From IMG/VR virus record IMGVR_UViG_2548876929_000003, positions 4,825 to 68,824 of that record: a DNA stretch of 64,000 nucleotides; one strand, written 5' to 3'. The notes below the pieces were generated by a model. That model had not been told where the DNA came from and did not search any database. It saw only the letters and a list, made by a program, of their open reading frames with translations. Numbering within the stretch: position 1 is the first letter of the stretch; the number at the start of each line of letters is the position of its first letter. A program made the translations under genes and the position numbers. The DNA is from a virus. Its lineage: Duplodnaviria > Caudoviricetes. Below are positions 38,140 through 47,092 of the stretch, one piece after another.

Positions 38140-38550
38140 CTTTTAGATGCCGTGGCCTCTCACCGGAAAGGCTTCCCCTCTAGAAGAGCACGCAGCGGAA
38201 TTGAACCGCGCAAGGGTTCTGACCAGGCTGTTTCATGTTTCCGCTGGTTAACTGGTTCCTTGCCGCCTGCGCGTGCCATGAATAATGTAGGCGGGGGCCA
38301 CTCTTCCCCCGTATGAAATGACTTACCGTTTAACCGCAATCTGCAAACTGTGTCGATCTACCGCTGTGCGTTACGGGTGCCAAGGATCTACCCTTGTTCG
38401 CGGCCACATAATCGGGCCTTCCCTTGCGCGCACTGGTCTATGCCGCTGAGCAGTATGTCCCTCTATCCCCTTGCAGGAGTCACTGAGGCTATTTAACTGT
38501 CATCTGCAGGTGTCATCCTACGTTGTAGCGTCTCTCTTCCGCCACCACAT
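38140..38550 (-). ncRNA. Putative large structured non-coding RNA with tRNA-like elements
   Basis: GC-rich stretch with no credible ORF; D-arm-like GTGGCGGAAGAGAGACGC; T-loop GGTTCAATTCC closed by an acceptor-like stem; long-range complementary segments. Confidence 0.55.
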
Positions 38551-38557
38551 TCAAAAA

Positions 38558-38818
38558 CTACAGGAGCTCTGCTGCGAGTTGCTTGAGCACCAACGGTGTT
38601 GGGATGAGTTGGCCATCTTTCTTGTTACCCTTAACATAAGCCTTGTCCTCACGAGCATAATAGACAACGCCTTGGCCCTCGACGATCGGAAATGCCGCTT
38701 TCATCATCCGTCAGGGATGTTTGTCGTGCTTACCATGTTGAGCAGCATGTTCTTCATCGTGTAAGTGTAAAATACCGTCAGAGCTGAGAAATGCAAAGCG
38801 TGGTTGTGTAGTAGACAT
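38558..38818 (-). pseudogene. Disrupted paralog of the 84-aa gene at 44729..44983
   Basis: MSTTQPRFAFLSSDGILHLH...FPIVEGQGVVYYAREDKAYVKGN; in-frame TGA between apparent compensating indels; RBS AGGAGG. Confidence 0.75.
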
Positions 38819-38998
38819 GATCAAATGTCCTCCTAATATGTTTTGTAGAAAAACCAAAAAGGCTGGCACGTTGTCCGACCTGAGTCACCGAAGCTTGAAA
38901 GCTGCAGTTTCGTTCCTTATTTGATTTTCCATGATACAAATTTACGTCATTAAAAGTCCAACCGTGAAACATAAGAGGCCATTTCCCCAAAAAAAATA

Positions 38999-39955
38999 CT
39001 ATTCCCATTGGCCAATCGTGAAATTACTTCTCCAAGTCCACAAATCTCCTAATCCAGTACCAGTAATACTCACAGAGCCTAAAGATAAAGCAAAGGGCAC
39101 CTCAGTGTATGAATGAGCATAACTATTAGCAAAGCTTCCTGTACCACCACCATGCGCTGCTGGTATTCTTACTTCAGTATATAAAGTTCCGTATTGTTCT
39201 TTGATAGGTATTAAACGGACCGAACCAATAGTTCCCGAAACTTGTGATTGGTCAATATTACTGAATTCACCATCATGCCAGTTTCCATTTGCTGTACGAT
39301 AAAAGAAATCCGCTTTTGACCCAACGGCTGAAGTATGGGATTGGAAAGCATGCGCTACCCTATCAGATAAGGTAATCCAAGGGATGTTGCTCCAGTTAAA
39401 ATGTGTTCGGTATGAGTACTTGTACTCTCTACCATTAGCCGTTTTCCCCATATAATGAATTGAAGAAGTGCCTGAAAAAGTACCGTCGTTAACAGATCCC
39501 ATTGCAGATGTGCTAATTTTATCACCTTTTATTTTCTTTAAATCAGCTTCTTTGATTTTGTTAATTTCAGCTTCATTTTCTGGTGTAATTATATGCTCCT
39601 TACCACTAAGATCAAAGTATTTGTGGACCATTTCACTTTGGGTTACATTAACTTTTACTCCACCCTCAGTAATGAGGTAAACTTTTTCCGACTCAGAGAG
39701 TTCTTCACTTTCTTTTTCAGTATAGCCCATTTCGCTTAAGATCTCATTTTGTTGTTTCTCCGTCAAAGCCTTTGCATTCTCAATCGGCTCAATACGGCCA
39801 TCAGAAAATTTTTTAACCGTTAGATTGTTGTCAATTTTCAGGGGAGTATAGTCCATTACTTTCATTTCTGCCGAACTAGACGCGCTAACTGAGCCTTGAG
39901 AAAACGCAAGGAGTCCAACTACCACAAGCGAGAGTAACCCTGTCTTCTTTTTCAT
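38999..39955 (-). CDS. Secreted protein with a beta-rich C-terminal domain, function unknown
   Basis: Signal peptide MKKKTGLLSLVVVGLLAFSQGSVSA; ORF track. Confidence 0.7.
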   Translation of the reverse strand: MKKKTGLLSLVVVGLLAFSQGSVSASSSAEMKVMDYTPLKIDNNLTVKKFSDGRIEPIENAKALTEKQQNEILSEMGYTEKESEELSESEKVYLITEGGVKVNVTQSEMVHKYFDLSGKEHIITPENEAEINKIKEADLKKIKGDKISTSAMGSVNDGTFSGTSSIHYMGKTANGREYKYSYRTHFNWSNIPWITLSDRVAHAFQSHTSAVGSKADFFYRTANGNWHDGEFSNIDQSQVSGTIGSVRLIPIKEQYGTLYTEVRIPAAHGGGTGSFANSYAHSYTEVPFALSLGSVSITGTGLGDLWTWRSNFTIGQWE

Positions 39956-40046
39956 TCTCTACCTCCAAAGTGGAATAATATTGTAATTCTATTACCAATA
40001 TTATCATAGATATAGTATAATGATCAAATATTGGAGGTGTATTCAA

Positions 40047-40343
40047 ATGTTAGTGACAAAAAACAAAAATGCAATATTTATTTTAAAAATTGCATTTTTG
40101 TTACTAATCATTGGCTGTATTTATTATTTTTCTGGATCTCATTCTAGTGAAAACGCTAAATTAATTGAAGTTAAAGATGATTACTTAGTCATCCAGAGCA
40201 ATGCGTCTAACGGAGGCAAGATTAAAAAATTATATATTTCTTCAAAGTCCGTTATCCCTCCTCTTGTTGTGGGGAAGGAATATTACTTCGTGTCTGACCA
40301 AAGATATTTCCAACGTCCATATATCCGTTTTGTAGAAGACTAA
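40047..40343 (+). CDS. Small membrane-anchored protein (moron)
   Basis: RBS GGAGG before ATG 40047; one TM helix; terminator AAAAGTCGAAG/CTTCGACTTTT downstream. Confidence 0.65.
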   Translation: MLVTKNKNAIFILKIAFLLLIIGCIYYFSGSHSSENAKLIEVKDDYLVIQSNASNGGKIKKLYISSKSVIPPLVVGKEYYFVSDQRYFQRPYIRFVED

Positions 40344-40742
40344 AGTAGCAAAAGTCGAAGAAAATGAACTTCGACTTTTGTTTTATATACAATTTGGATG
40401 TTTATATATATATTTTTTAACATTAAGATTCAATATAATCCCCACTATGTTTATAGCTGCAATTTTTATCACAAAATGTGCTGTCACTAGTCCCTAGCTC
40501 ACCACACCTGATATAATCGTGACTTCTCAGAACTCCCCCACGTTGCACATACTGGAAAACTTACTCATCGTCAGTTCCAACAAACTATCCTTTGCCTCAA
40601 GCTCTATCTCCTTATCAATATTATATTATGGAGCAATTTCCTCCCTCACTTTGCTGGCCTCATTAGTAGATTGATGCTCTCTAAATAAACAGTTCTGAGA
40701 AATCTCCACCTCATGCAATATATTATCTATTCTCACCGTAAT

Positions 40743-42200
40743 TTATCTTTTTACAGTTACACTACCTATTGAAGGAAGCATAATATGTGTATCTGGTTCC
40801 ATTAAATATTCCCCAAATGTCAAAACAAAAGCGTCAGCTCGGTCTGGCGACTTGAGCCCACGCTTTTTCATATCCTTCTTACTTTCAAGTAGCATTTTAC
40901 CCTTACTGGTCATGTTCCATTTACGTGCTGTAAGTTGGGTTATAAGAACATCGTCATCGGGCAATTGCAGAACGCTCACATCTCCATTTATAAAATTGCT
41001 CATATTCTGTTCTAATTGTTTCTTAATGGATGCCCACATTTCAGTAACTAGATTTCCATAGTGTTCATCTAATGAAGAGGAGCCGTTGTTAATTGGAATG
41101 ATTTCATATGGTAGCCCTTCTTCAGCTACGATTTCATTTAGTCGATCGGTTACTCCTCCACCTACACCACTATCATCAACTCTTATTCTGATTCGGTTTA
41201 AATATGGATGCTCTTCATTTAGTTCTTTAGCCAGGCTGATCACCCAACCAGCAGTAGCCATTGTGTCTTTCTTGAAATGATGGTGTTCCCCTACAATTCT
41301 TGGTCCTATACCAGCAAACATTGAGGTTTCATCATCACCAAATCGTGCAACGTCAACGCCTATGGTTAGCATATCTCCAGTAGGTTCCAGTTTCACTTCT
41401 TTAGCTGCAAATTCTGCTACTTCCAACGAGATAAAGGTATCCGATTCTCCACGGGGGAATTCACCTTCAACCCGGACTCTCCATACATCGCTACCTTCAC
41501 CATACTTACGCTTGAGCATAGCGATATTATCCTTACTGGTTCTTGGGCTGTCTAAGCATGACACCTTGCGTGTTTTATAATCCGCTCTGTCCTTATTGTG
41601 TGAATCATAAAAAACACCCGACGTTTTTGTCGGGTTGCCGCACATCAATATTTTATTGAACTCACCCGACAACGTACCTAAAATGGCTTCCATGATTGGA
41701 TCAGCAACACCTGAAGCTTCATCCACAATGAAAAGCATGTAGTCCTCATGGAAGCCCTGCATATTCTCAGGCTTGGTTGCTGTCCGAGCTGTAGCGAACC
41801 AGCGTTCCTCATAGTTCTTCATGTAGATTTTGGTTTTAGTCCATTTAAGGATTCTTTTCAGCACTGGGCTTTTGGACTGCCATTTATTTATCTCAGCCCA
41901 TAACACGTCATGTAACTGCTGTCTTGTAGGAGCTGTACAAATCACTTTTGGATAAGGGAAACAGGATAGAAACCAAAGGGCTGTTGCAGCTTCTAGTCCG
42001 GTTTTTCCTACACCCTGACCTGAACGGACTGAAACACGAGGATCATTTGCTAAATCCATAAGAGTGCTTGCCTGCCAATCATCAGGATAGAATTTAAGCA
42101 TCTCTTGGCAGAATAATGTAGGATTCTTACGATATTCAGGAATCCGTTTCTTGAATGCTTGAAGCCTCCGTTTCGTCTCCGGTGAGTCTTTCGTCTTCAT
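40743..42200 (-). CDS. terL: Terminase large subunit
   Basis: Walker A SGQGVGKT, Walker B VDEASG, GNPT, nuclease GVDVARFGDD and SPDRADA. Confidence 0.95.
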   Translation of the reverse strand: MKTKDSPETKRRLQAFKKRIPEYRKNPTLFCQEMLKFYPDDWQASTLMDLANDPRVSVRSGQGVGKTGLEAATALWFLSCFPYPKVICTAPTRQQLHDVLWAEINKWQSKSPVLKRILKWTKTKIYMKNYEERWFATARTATKPENMQGFHEDYMLFIVDEASGVADPIMEAILGTLSGEFNKILMCGNPTKTSGVFYDSHNKDRADYKTRKVSCLDSPRTSKDNIAMLKRKYGEGSDVWRVRVEGEFPRGESDTFISLEVAEFAAKEVKLEPTGDMLTIGVDVARFGDDETSMFAGIGPRIVGEHHHFKKDTMATAGWVISLAKELNEEHPYLNRIRIRVDDSGVGGGVTDRLNEIVAEEGLPYEIIPINNGSSSLDEHYGNLVTEMWASIKKQLEQNMSNFINGDVSVLQLPDDDVLITQLTARKWNMTSKGKMLLESKKDMKKRGLKSPDRADAFVLTFGEYLMEPDTHIMLPSIGSVTVKR

Positions 42201-43425
42201 TACCTACCACCGCCTCTACCCAATCATCAATTAGATCGTCTTCTGTATTGCCTTCACCCGTGACTTTTGCCCTTTCGAGCTCAAGTTTCTCACGCTGCAT
42301 CTTAAGTTTCTCGTCTTCAACCATCCGTTTATGTTTGTCTGGAAGCAGATCCATGTATTTAGTTAGCACGTCTAATGCCTTGGTTTTGTCGTGTAGCTTT
42401 ACACTCACTCCGTCCTTACCCTGCTTGACTTCTGAAACCAGAGTTCCATCAATTTCATCACTGTTTTTAAAAGAGACATAATTATATCTGTACTTCTTCG
42501 TTTCTCCAGTCTCAGAATCAAAGACAGGGTCTCCATCTAAACCAAGAACGTCCTCTTCCTTTTGACCAAATTCCACGTAATCCGTAATGTCTGCAAAAGC
42601 TATCTTCATGTACTCCATCAGTACGCGCTGAGCGTTCAATCCTATCTCATCAATCATAGATTCTTTGTGCTGCCGAATAATGTTTTGAATTTCAACTTTC
42701 TTCAACAGAGCGAATCCAATCTGATAGGCAGTTTTCTTACTGTATCCCGCCGCAATGGCTGACCTGGTAGCGTTGAAGTCTCGAAGGTATTCATAAGTGA
42801 ATATCCTTTGCTTAGGCGTTAATCCATCCTCATCAGGAATTTCAGGTTCAGGTTCTTCAACAACCACTGGAGCGCTCTGTACTTTTTTAGAACGTTCCAT
42901 ATTACTGGAGCGTTCCGATACCTTTTTCGGAGCGCTCCGTATTTCTGGTATAGCAACTTTTAGCTCTTTAGCAAGTGCGTCAACTGTAAGCGGGGTAGCA
43001 TATACCTCTCTTGGCTTATCATCTCTATATGTACCAATGAGTCTGCGCCGCTCCAGTTCATCAATCAGTCTGGCTGCTCTGCTATAGCCTATCCTCATCC
43101 TTCTCTGTAATAAAGAAACCGAGGCTTGTTTGGCCTCGGCTACAATTTGGACAGCTTTTAGAAAAAGCTCATCAGGATATGATGTTGGGTCTTCATCTTC
43201 ATCTGGAGCTTCTTTATTATAAGGCGCTCCATTTTCATCAGAACGTTCCGTATCCTTCACTTCTCCAGCAATTAAACTCTCCCACTTATCTTTAGCCTTC
43301 CATCCTCTTACCGTACCTTCAGATACACTAAGTTGAGAGGCTATATCTGTGAGACGTATGTTGCCGGAACTGGTTTTGTATAAATCGAATGCTTCATCCC
43401 GTTTTGGATCTCTTTTTCGTCCCAT
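42136..43425 (-). CDS. terS: Terminase small subunit with an inserted FtsK/SpoIIIE gamma domain
   Basis: N-terminal HTH (TVRGWKAKDKW); gamma domain at aa ~85-142; TerS core LTPKQRIF..EYLRDFNATRSAIAAGYSKKTA. Confidence 0.9.
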   Translation of the reverse strand: MGRKRDPKRDEAFDLYKTSSGNIRLTDIASQLSVSEGTVRGWKAKDKWESLIAGEVKDTERSDENGAPYNKEAPDEDEDPTSYPDELFLKAVQIVAEAKQASVSLLQRRMRIGYSRAARLIDELERRRLIGTYRDDKPREVYATPLTVDALAKELKVAIPEIRSAPKKVSERSSNMERSKKVQSAPVVVEEPEPEIPDEDGLTPKQRIFTYEYLRDFNATRSAIAAGYSKKTAYQIGFALLKKVEIQNIIRQHKESMIDEIGLNAQRVLMEYMKIAFADITDYVEFGQKEEDVLGLDGDPVFDSETGETKKYRYNYVSFKNSDEIDGTLVSEVKQGKDGVSVKLHDKTKALDVLTKYMDLLPDKHKRMVEDEKLKMQREKLELERAKVTGEGNTEDDLIDDWVEAVVGNEDERLTGDETEASSIQETDS

Positions 43426-43613
43426 AATCTTATTATTCCCCCTTTTCGATAATGTATCTGAAGCTAAGGGAAAGTTTCCTGTACAAAAATAAAAAGCTTC
43501 TAATTCAGTGACTCTTCATTCTAATACACGTTGTACTTTTTGCCTTATCAAATAGTACAATCAAATCTACACAATCTTAATAATATAGTAATTATAAAGG
43601 AGGTGTAAAATCA

Positions 43614-43964
43614 ATGAATGCAAAATCGCCAGTTAACCAAAAGAAAATATTAAAGCCAAAAAAGAAACAAGTTGCTCGCAAATTTAAGCGTGTTGCCCTA
43701 AGACACAAAGATGCAAATGCCACTATTTTCCTGGCAAACAATTTTTATAGAGATGATTTCATAAGATTTATTCCGGCAAATACAAGATATACTTTCACCT
43801 TTATAGCTAATAACGTCAAAACAATAAGCGCTGGTTGGGATAATGATAGACACCTACCAGGTGTTGTTTTGAGCTATCCACAAGGTAACAACTGGGTAGT
43901 TGTTATTCAAACCCCTACCAACCAATCTTTCACTGCAACATTCTCTTTCGTATATACATCTTAA
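43614..43964 (+). CDS. Hypothetical moron protein between the terS-leader repeats
   Basis: RBS AAAGGAGGTG; own terminator (GCTGAGTAG/CTACTCAGC plus T7) at about 43979-44012. Confidence 0.7.
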   Translation: MNAKSPVNQKKILKPKKKQVARKFKRVALRHKDANATIFLANNFYRDDFIRFIPANTRYTFTFIANNVKTISAGWDNDRHLPGVVLSYPQGNNWVVVIQTPTNQSFTATFSFVYTS

Positions 43965-44025
43965 TGTCTTAGTTGTTCAGCTGAGTAGCTTGTTGTCTAC
44001 TCAGCTTTTTTTGAGATAATACGTA

Positions 44026-44160
44026 CTAGTTCAGTAAACATATGATACTCAATATATAAGCTGTTCTATTTTTAATACAAGCACGCTTGATACCACTTTT
44101 TTGGCAAGCTTTGCATAAATCAAATACTTCGTCCCGTTTCGGGTCTCTCTTTCGTCCCAT
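44026..44160 (-). pseudogene. Duplicated 5' fragment of terS
   Basis: MGRKRDPKRDEVFDLCK... diverges after ~15 codons and stops at 44026. Confidence 0.75.
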
Positions 44161-44232
44161 GCTTTGTTATTCACCCCTTTTGATAATGTATCTGAAGCTA
44201 AGGAAAAGTTTCCTGAACAAATAAAAAAGCCA

Positions 44233-44472
44233 CTATTCAGCAGCTTTCTCTTGTTTTTCTTTGTATTCCCTTAGATATTCCACTTCAATTTGGAAACCTT
44301 TTTTATACCAATTTCGTCCAAAGAATTCCCAGTAGCCCTCTTGAGTATGGTATTCTTCTTTAATATGTTTCCAATCCATATAATTTGTAAGAAAGTGTAC
44401 CCAAATGAGTGATGATAATGATAGCGGTATGATTACAAAAACAATTATAAAGTCTTTTAATTTTTTGTTCAC
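44233..44472 (-). CDS. Small membrane protein
   Basis: ORF track; N-terminal TM helix; RBS AGGAG. Confidence 0.6.
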   Translation of the reverse strand: MNKKLKDFIIVFVIIPLSLSSLIWVHFLTNYMDWKHIKEEYHTQEGYWEFFGRNWYKKGFQIEVEYLREYKEKQEKAAE

Positions 44473-44559
44473 TCAAATTCATCTCCTATATTGTTCCATA
44501 CGATAGTATCGACATTAAGGATGCAGAATTTTATATAACAATACTTCATTCAAAATTAA

Positions 44560-44725
44560 AAAGAGCAGCTATTTTACGCTGCTCCTGTTGTAGTGATCGG
44601 TAATTTATAACATGCGGTTACCGCTAATCCGCCATGCCTGGAATAGGCCTTCAATGGACATCCTTCTTGCTCCGGGTTTATATTACCCTCTGAGTCCTGT
44701 CTCCGATTTAGTTTTAGTTTTGAAA
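44560..44725 (-). ncRNA. Putative small structured RNA or long 3' UTR ending in a terminator
   Basis: No ORF; hairpin CATGGCGG..CCGCATG; terminator GAGCAGC/GCTGCTC plus T-run. Confidence 0.35.
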
Positions 44726-44728
44726 AAA

Positions 44729-44983
44729 TTACTGAAGCTGACCAGCTAGCGTTTTAAGGCCACTTGGTACTGCGATTTGTTTACCATCATGTTCATTTCC
44801 GTTTACATAAGCTGTGTCTTTGTCTACATAGTAGACTACACCTTCCCCGCCGATAATCGGGAAGCCGCTTTCGTCGTAATCCAGATTTGTGCCTACATAC
44901 TTGCCATGCTTGGCTGCTTCACTTTCCAACGGATGAAGGTGTAAAATCCCCGCATTGTCCAAGTAAGCGTAACTATGTGCCAT
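44729..44983 (-). CDS. 84-aa phage hypothetical protein (first gene after the late activator)
   Basis: ORF track; RBS AGGAGG; paralog at 38558..38818. Confidence 0.8.
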   Translation of the reverse strand: MAHSYAYLDNAGILHLHPLESEAAKHGKYVGTNLDYDESGFPIIGGEGVVYYVDKDTAYVNGNEHDGKQIAVPSGLKTLAGQLQ

Positions 44984-45026
44984 GTTTATTGCCTCCTAGA
45001 ATAGATTTAATTTGTTCCTGAATAAA

Positions 45027-45067
45027 GTGTAAATCCTTTCTACTCCGTACTTACTACGGATTTACCT
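45027..45067. promoter_or_regulatory. Inverted repeat at the putative late promoter
   Basis: GTAAATCC...GGATTTAC enclosing CCGTACTTACTACGG, just past the activator terminator on the - strand. Confidence 0.45.
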
Positions 45068-45113
45068 TACTCTAACAACAAATAAAGACCGCAAAGGCTT
45101 AAGCCCTTACGGT

Positions 45114-45752
45114 CTAATTTACTTCTGGCATCCTCAGCCCAATTTCTCCTTCTTGGTTTCGCCCCCGGCCATAGTCTATGGTGACAAAATCCAATGTACG
45201 GTTTGTTTTTAGGCTGTTTGCTATGTTGACAATAAGCCTACGCCGTTTATCTGCAAATGTAGTCGCTGAGATAGGAGGAATGTCCTTGCGATAACCTTTT
45301 TCCAAATATTGTTGAGCTTTGAGATATTTCATACCATCCAAAAATAACAGCTTTGCTATCAATCCCTCGTGCTTATCACGCATATTATTTATTGCAAACT
45401 TAATGTTATTCGTAAGGAATTGATAGAATTTATAATTCACATGTCGCTGGTCTTTGAGTAGCACGGCATTTGCTGTCACATCTGCTGTCAGTTCTTGCCC
45501 CGAGACTCGCTTAGCAACCGATCCCTCTGCCGAAAGCAAATCATATGCAGCCATGCCGTTTTCCAATTGTTGAAGTGAGTATTCATAGTTTTTGATTACA
45601 TCAATTAAGTCAGTATATTTGTTTAGCAGCCACTTTGTTTTTCTTATATCTACTACATCTACATCGTCAAAGAAGTTTACTTGGATTATCTTCTGTGTAT
45701 CAGTAGCATCCTCTTCTTTGTTACGTATAACTACAGAATGTCCGTTTACCAT
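45114..45752 (-). CDS. ArpU/RinA-like late transcriptional activator
   Basis: Last early gene before the packaging module; helical C-terminal region (LIAKLLFLDG...TFADKRRRLI); followed by a terminator. Confidence 0.6.
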   Translation of the reverse strand: MVNGHSVVIRNKEEDATDTQKIIQVNFFDDVDVVDIRKTKWLLNKYTDLIDVIKNYEYSLQQLENGMAAYDLLSAEGSVAKRVSGQELTADVTANAVLLKDQRHVNYKFYQFLTNNIKFAINNMRDKHEGLIAKLLFLDGMKYLKAQQYLEKGYRKDIPPISATTFADKRRRLIVNIANSLKTNRTLDFVTIDYGRGRNQEGEIGLRMPEVN

Positions 45753-45971
45753 AAATGTTCACTCCTTGTATAGCTGAGTGTATCAGGCGTAATATGTCCA
45801 ATAAGCATGAATCTATCTACTTGCACAATCCCCACATATAACAGTAATGCGCATAATATAGAGGTATAGGCTCTTATCATCAGCGTTTCCCCCAATAGGT
45901 GGATGACATGCAAAGTATGATAAACATAATAGTCACCCACAGAATGTTACGATCCATGAACTCCCATATAG

Positions 45972-46340
45972 TCATAGGTTGTCTCCTTTATCTCGTAGGA
46001 AAGACGTATGTTCAGGCTGCACACGCGTTGACCTTTCTGTGATCAGCCGTAGACCCTCAATAGACTTTTTGAGTCTTTCTATCTCTGCATCCTTTTGTTG
46101 TATAAGGGATTCAGCCTCGCATTTAACTTCTCTTAATTCCTTTACTTCCTGTACCAAATCGGTTAACCATACATACGTATTGTCTCGCATTCGTTTAGTA
46201 TACCTACTAGCTTCCATCCGGTTTAACGACCACGTCTTAGTCAGTGTTTTTTCAATATATTCAATGTCTACAGCAATTCCACTACTTGGATGGAGTTTTC
46301 GTTTAACTGCATTTTCATTTATGCGTGGTTTATCTGTCAT
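45972..46340 (-). CDS. Phage hypothetical protein
   Basis: ORF track; co-oriented in the early operon. Confidence 0.6.
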   Translation of the reverse strand: MTDKPRINENAVKRKLHPSSGIAVDIEYIEKTLTKTWSLNRMEASRYTKRMRDNTYVWLTDLVQEVKELREVKCEAESLIQQKDAEIERLKKSIEGLRLITERSTRVQPEHTSFLRDKGDNL

Positions 46341-46623
46341 TGTTGTTCCTCCCCATACGCATTCCGGATAACATGCCTAGTAAGTAAGCCATAGTCACTC
46401 GTTCATTCCCACTGGCGCACTCAATCTCCTGGTATTCTCCATAACCCATATCAGCGTACAGATTGTAAATGGTCTCTGGTTTCTTCAACAAACCTCTCTT
46501 TACTGTTTCACGCTCGACTATCAGCTTATTTTTACGTTGTTCATTGACTTCATTCAGGTATTCGCTCAACTCGCTTTTTGGATCTATATTCGTCTCAAAA
46601 TGTCCATAAGTGAAAACTGCCAT
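46330..46623 (-). CDS. Phage hypothetical protein
   Basis: ORF track; RBS AGGGAGG. Confidence 0.65.
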   Translation of the reverse strand: MAVFTYGHFETNIDPKSELSEYLNEVNEQRKNKLIVERETVKRGLLKKPETIYNLYADMGYGEYQEIECASGNERVTMAYLLGMLSGMRMGRNNNDR

Positions 46624-46833
46624 TTATATATCCTCCCTTAGTGGGTGTAGGTCCTACACCCTGTAGCGTATTTTTAACTCTCCAAGCAAGTCCCACGACA
46701 TTTACTCTTAGAAAGAGAGCATTTATAATGGGTTCACACCGCTTTCCTATGGAGTGGTGGTTCATAACTCTCCCTCCATATTTAACGTTCCTAGCGACAA
46801 TATGGGGGGCCACTATCTACACCCTGTATTGGT

Positions 46834-47049
46834 TTAATCCTCAAGTGAATTTTGTTGAGCCTTAAAATAAGCTCTGTCTTTTCCTGTATCTCTTTCTAAA
46901 TCCCGAATACAAGCAATAATGTGGCTTCTTTCGTGAGGTTGTTCAGTCATTTCGTCCAGAATCCTATATAAGTTTTCTAACGTTATTTCAGCTTCAACCA
47001 TTCGACCTTGGTCATAGGCTTTTTTCTCTTTTGCATTCATATTTATCAT
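46834..47049 (-). CDS. Phage hypothetical protein
   Basis: ORF track; RBS GGAAGG. Confidence 0.6.
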   Translation of the reverse strand: MINMNAKEKKAYDQGRMVEAEITLENLYRILDEMTEQPHERSHIIACIRDLERDTGKDRAYFKAQQNSLED

Positions 47050-47092
47050 CCTTCCAACGCTCCCTCAGAGTGCAGGAGCGTAATGTATTGGT

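Larger units (their letters stand above)
43381..44231. repeat. ~115-bp imperfect direct repeats (about 43381-43499 and 44116-44231) covering the terS leader and first codons
   Basis: Shared GATAATGTATCTGAAGCTAAGG.AAAGTTTCCTG; both copies encode MGRKRDPKRDE.FDL. Confidence 0.85.

Noticed and set aside
38187-38276. Canonical tRNA gene
   Set aside because: Has acceptor-like and T-arm elements but no D-arm, anticodon arm or CCA; kept only as part of a larger ncRNA candidate
45746-45956. Small gene between 45972 and the late activator
   Set aside because: Two competing short frames (47 aa and 64 aa), neither with a recognisable motif; cannot choose between them
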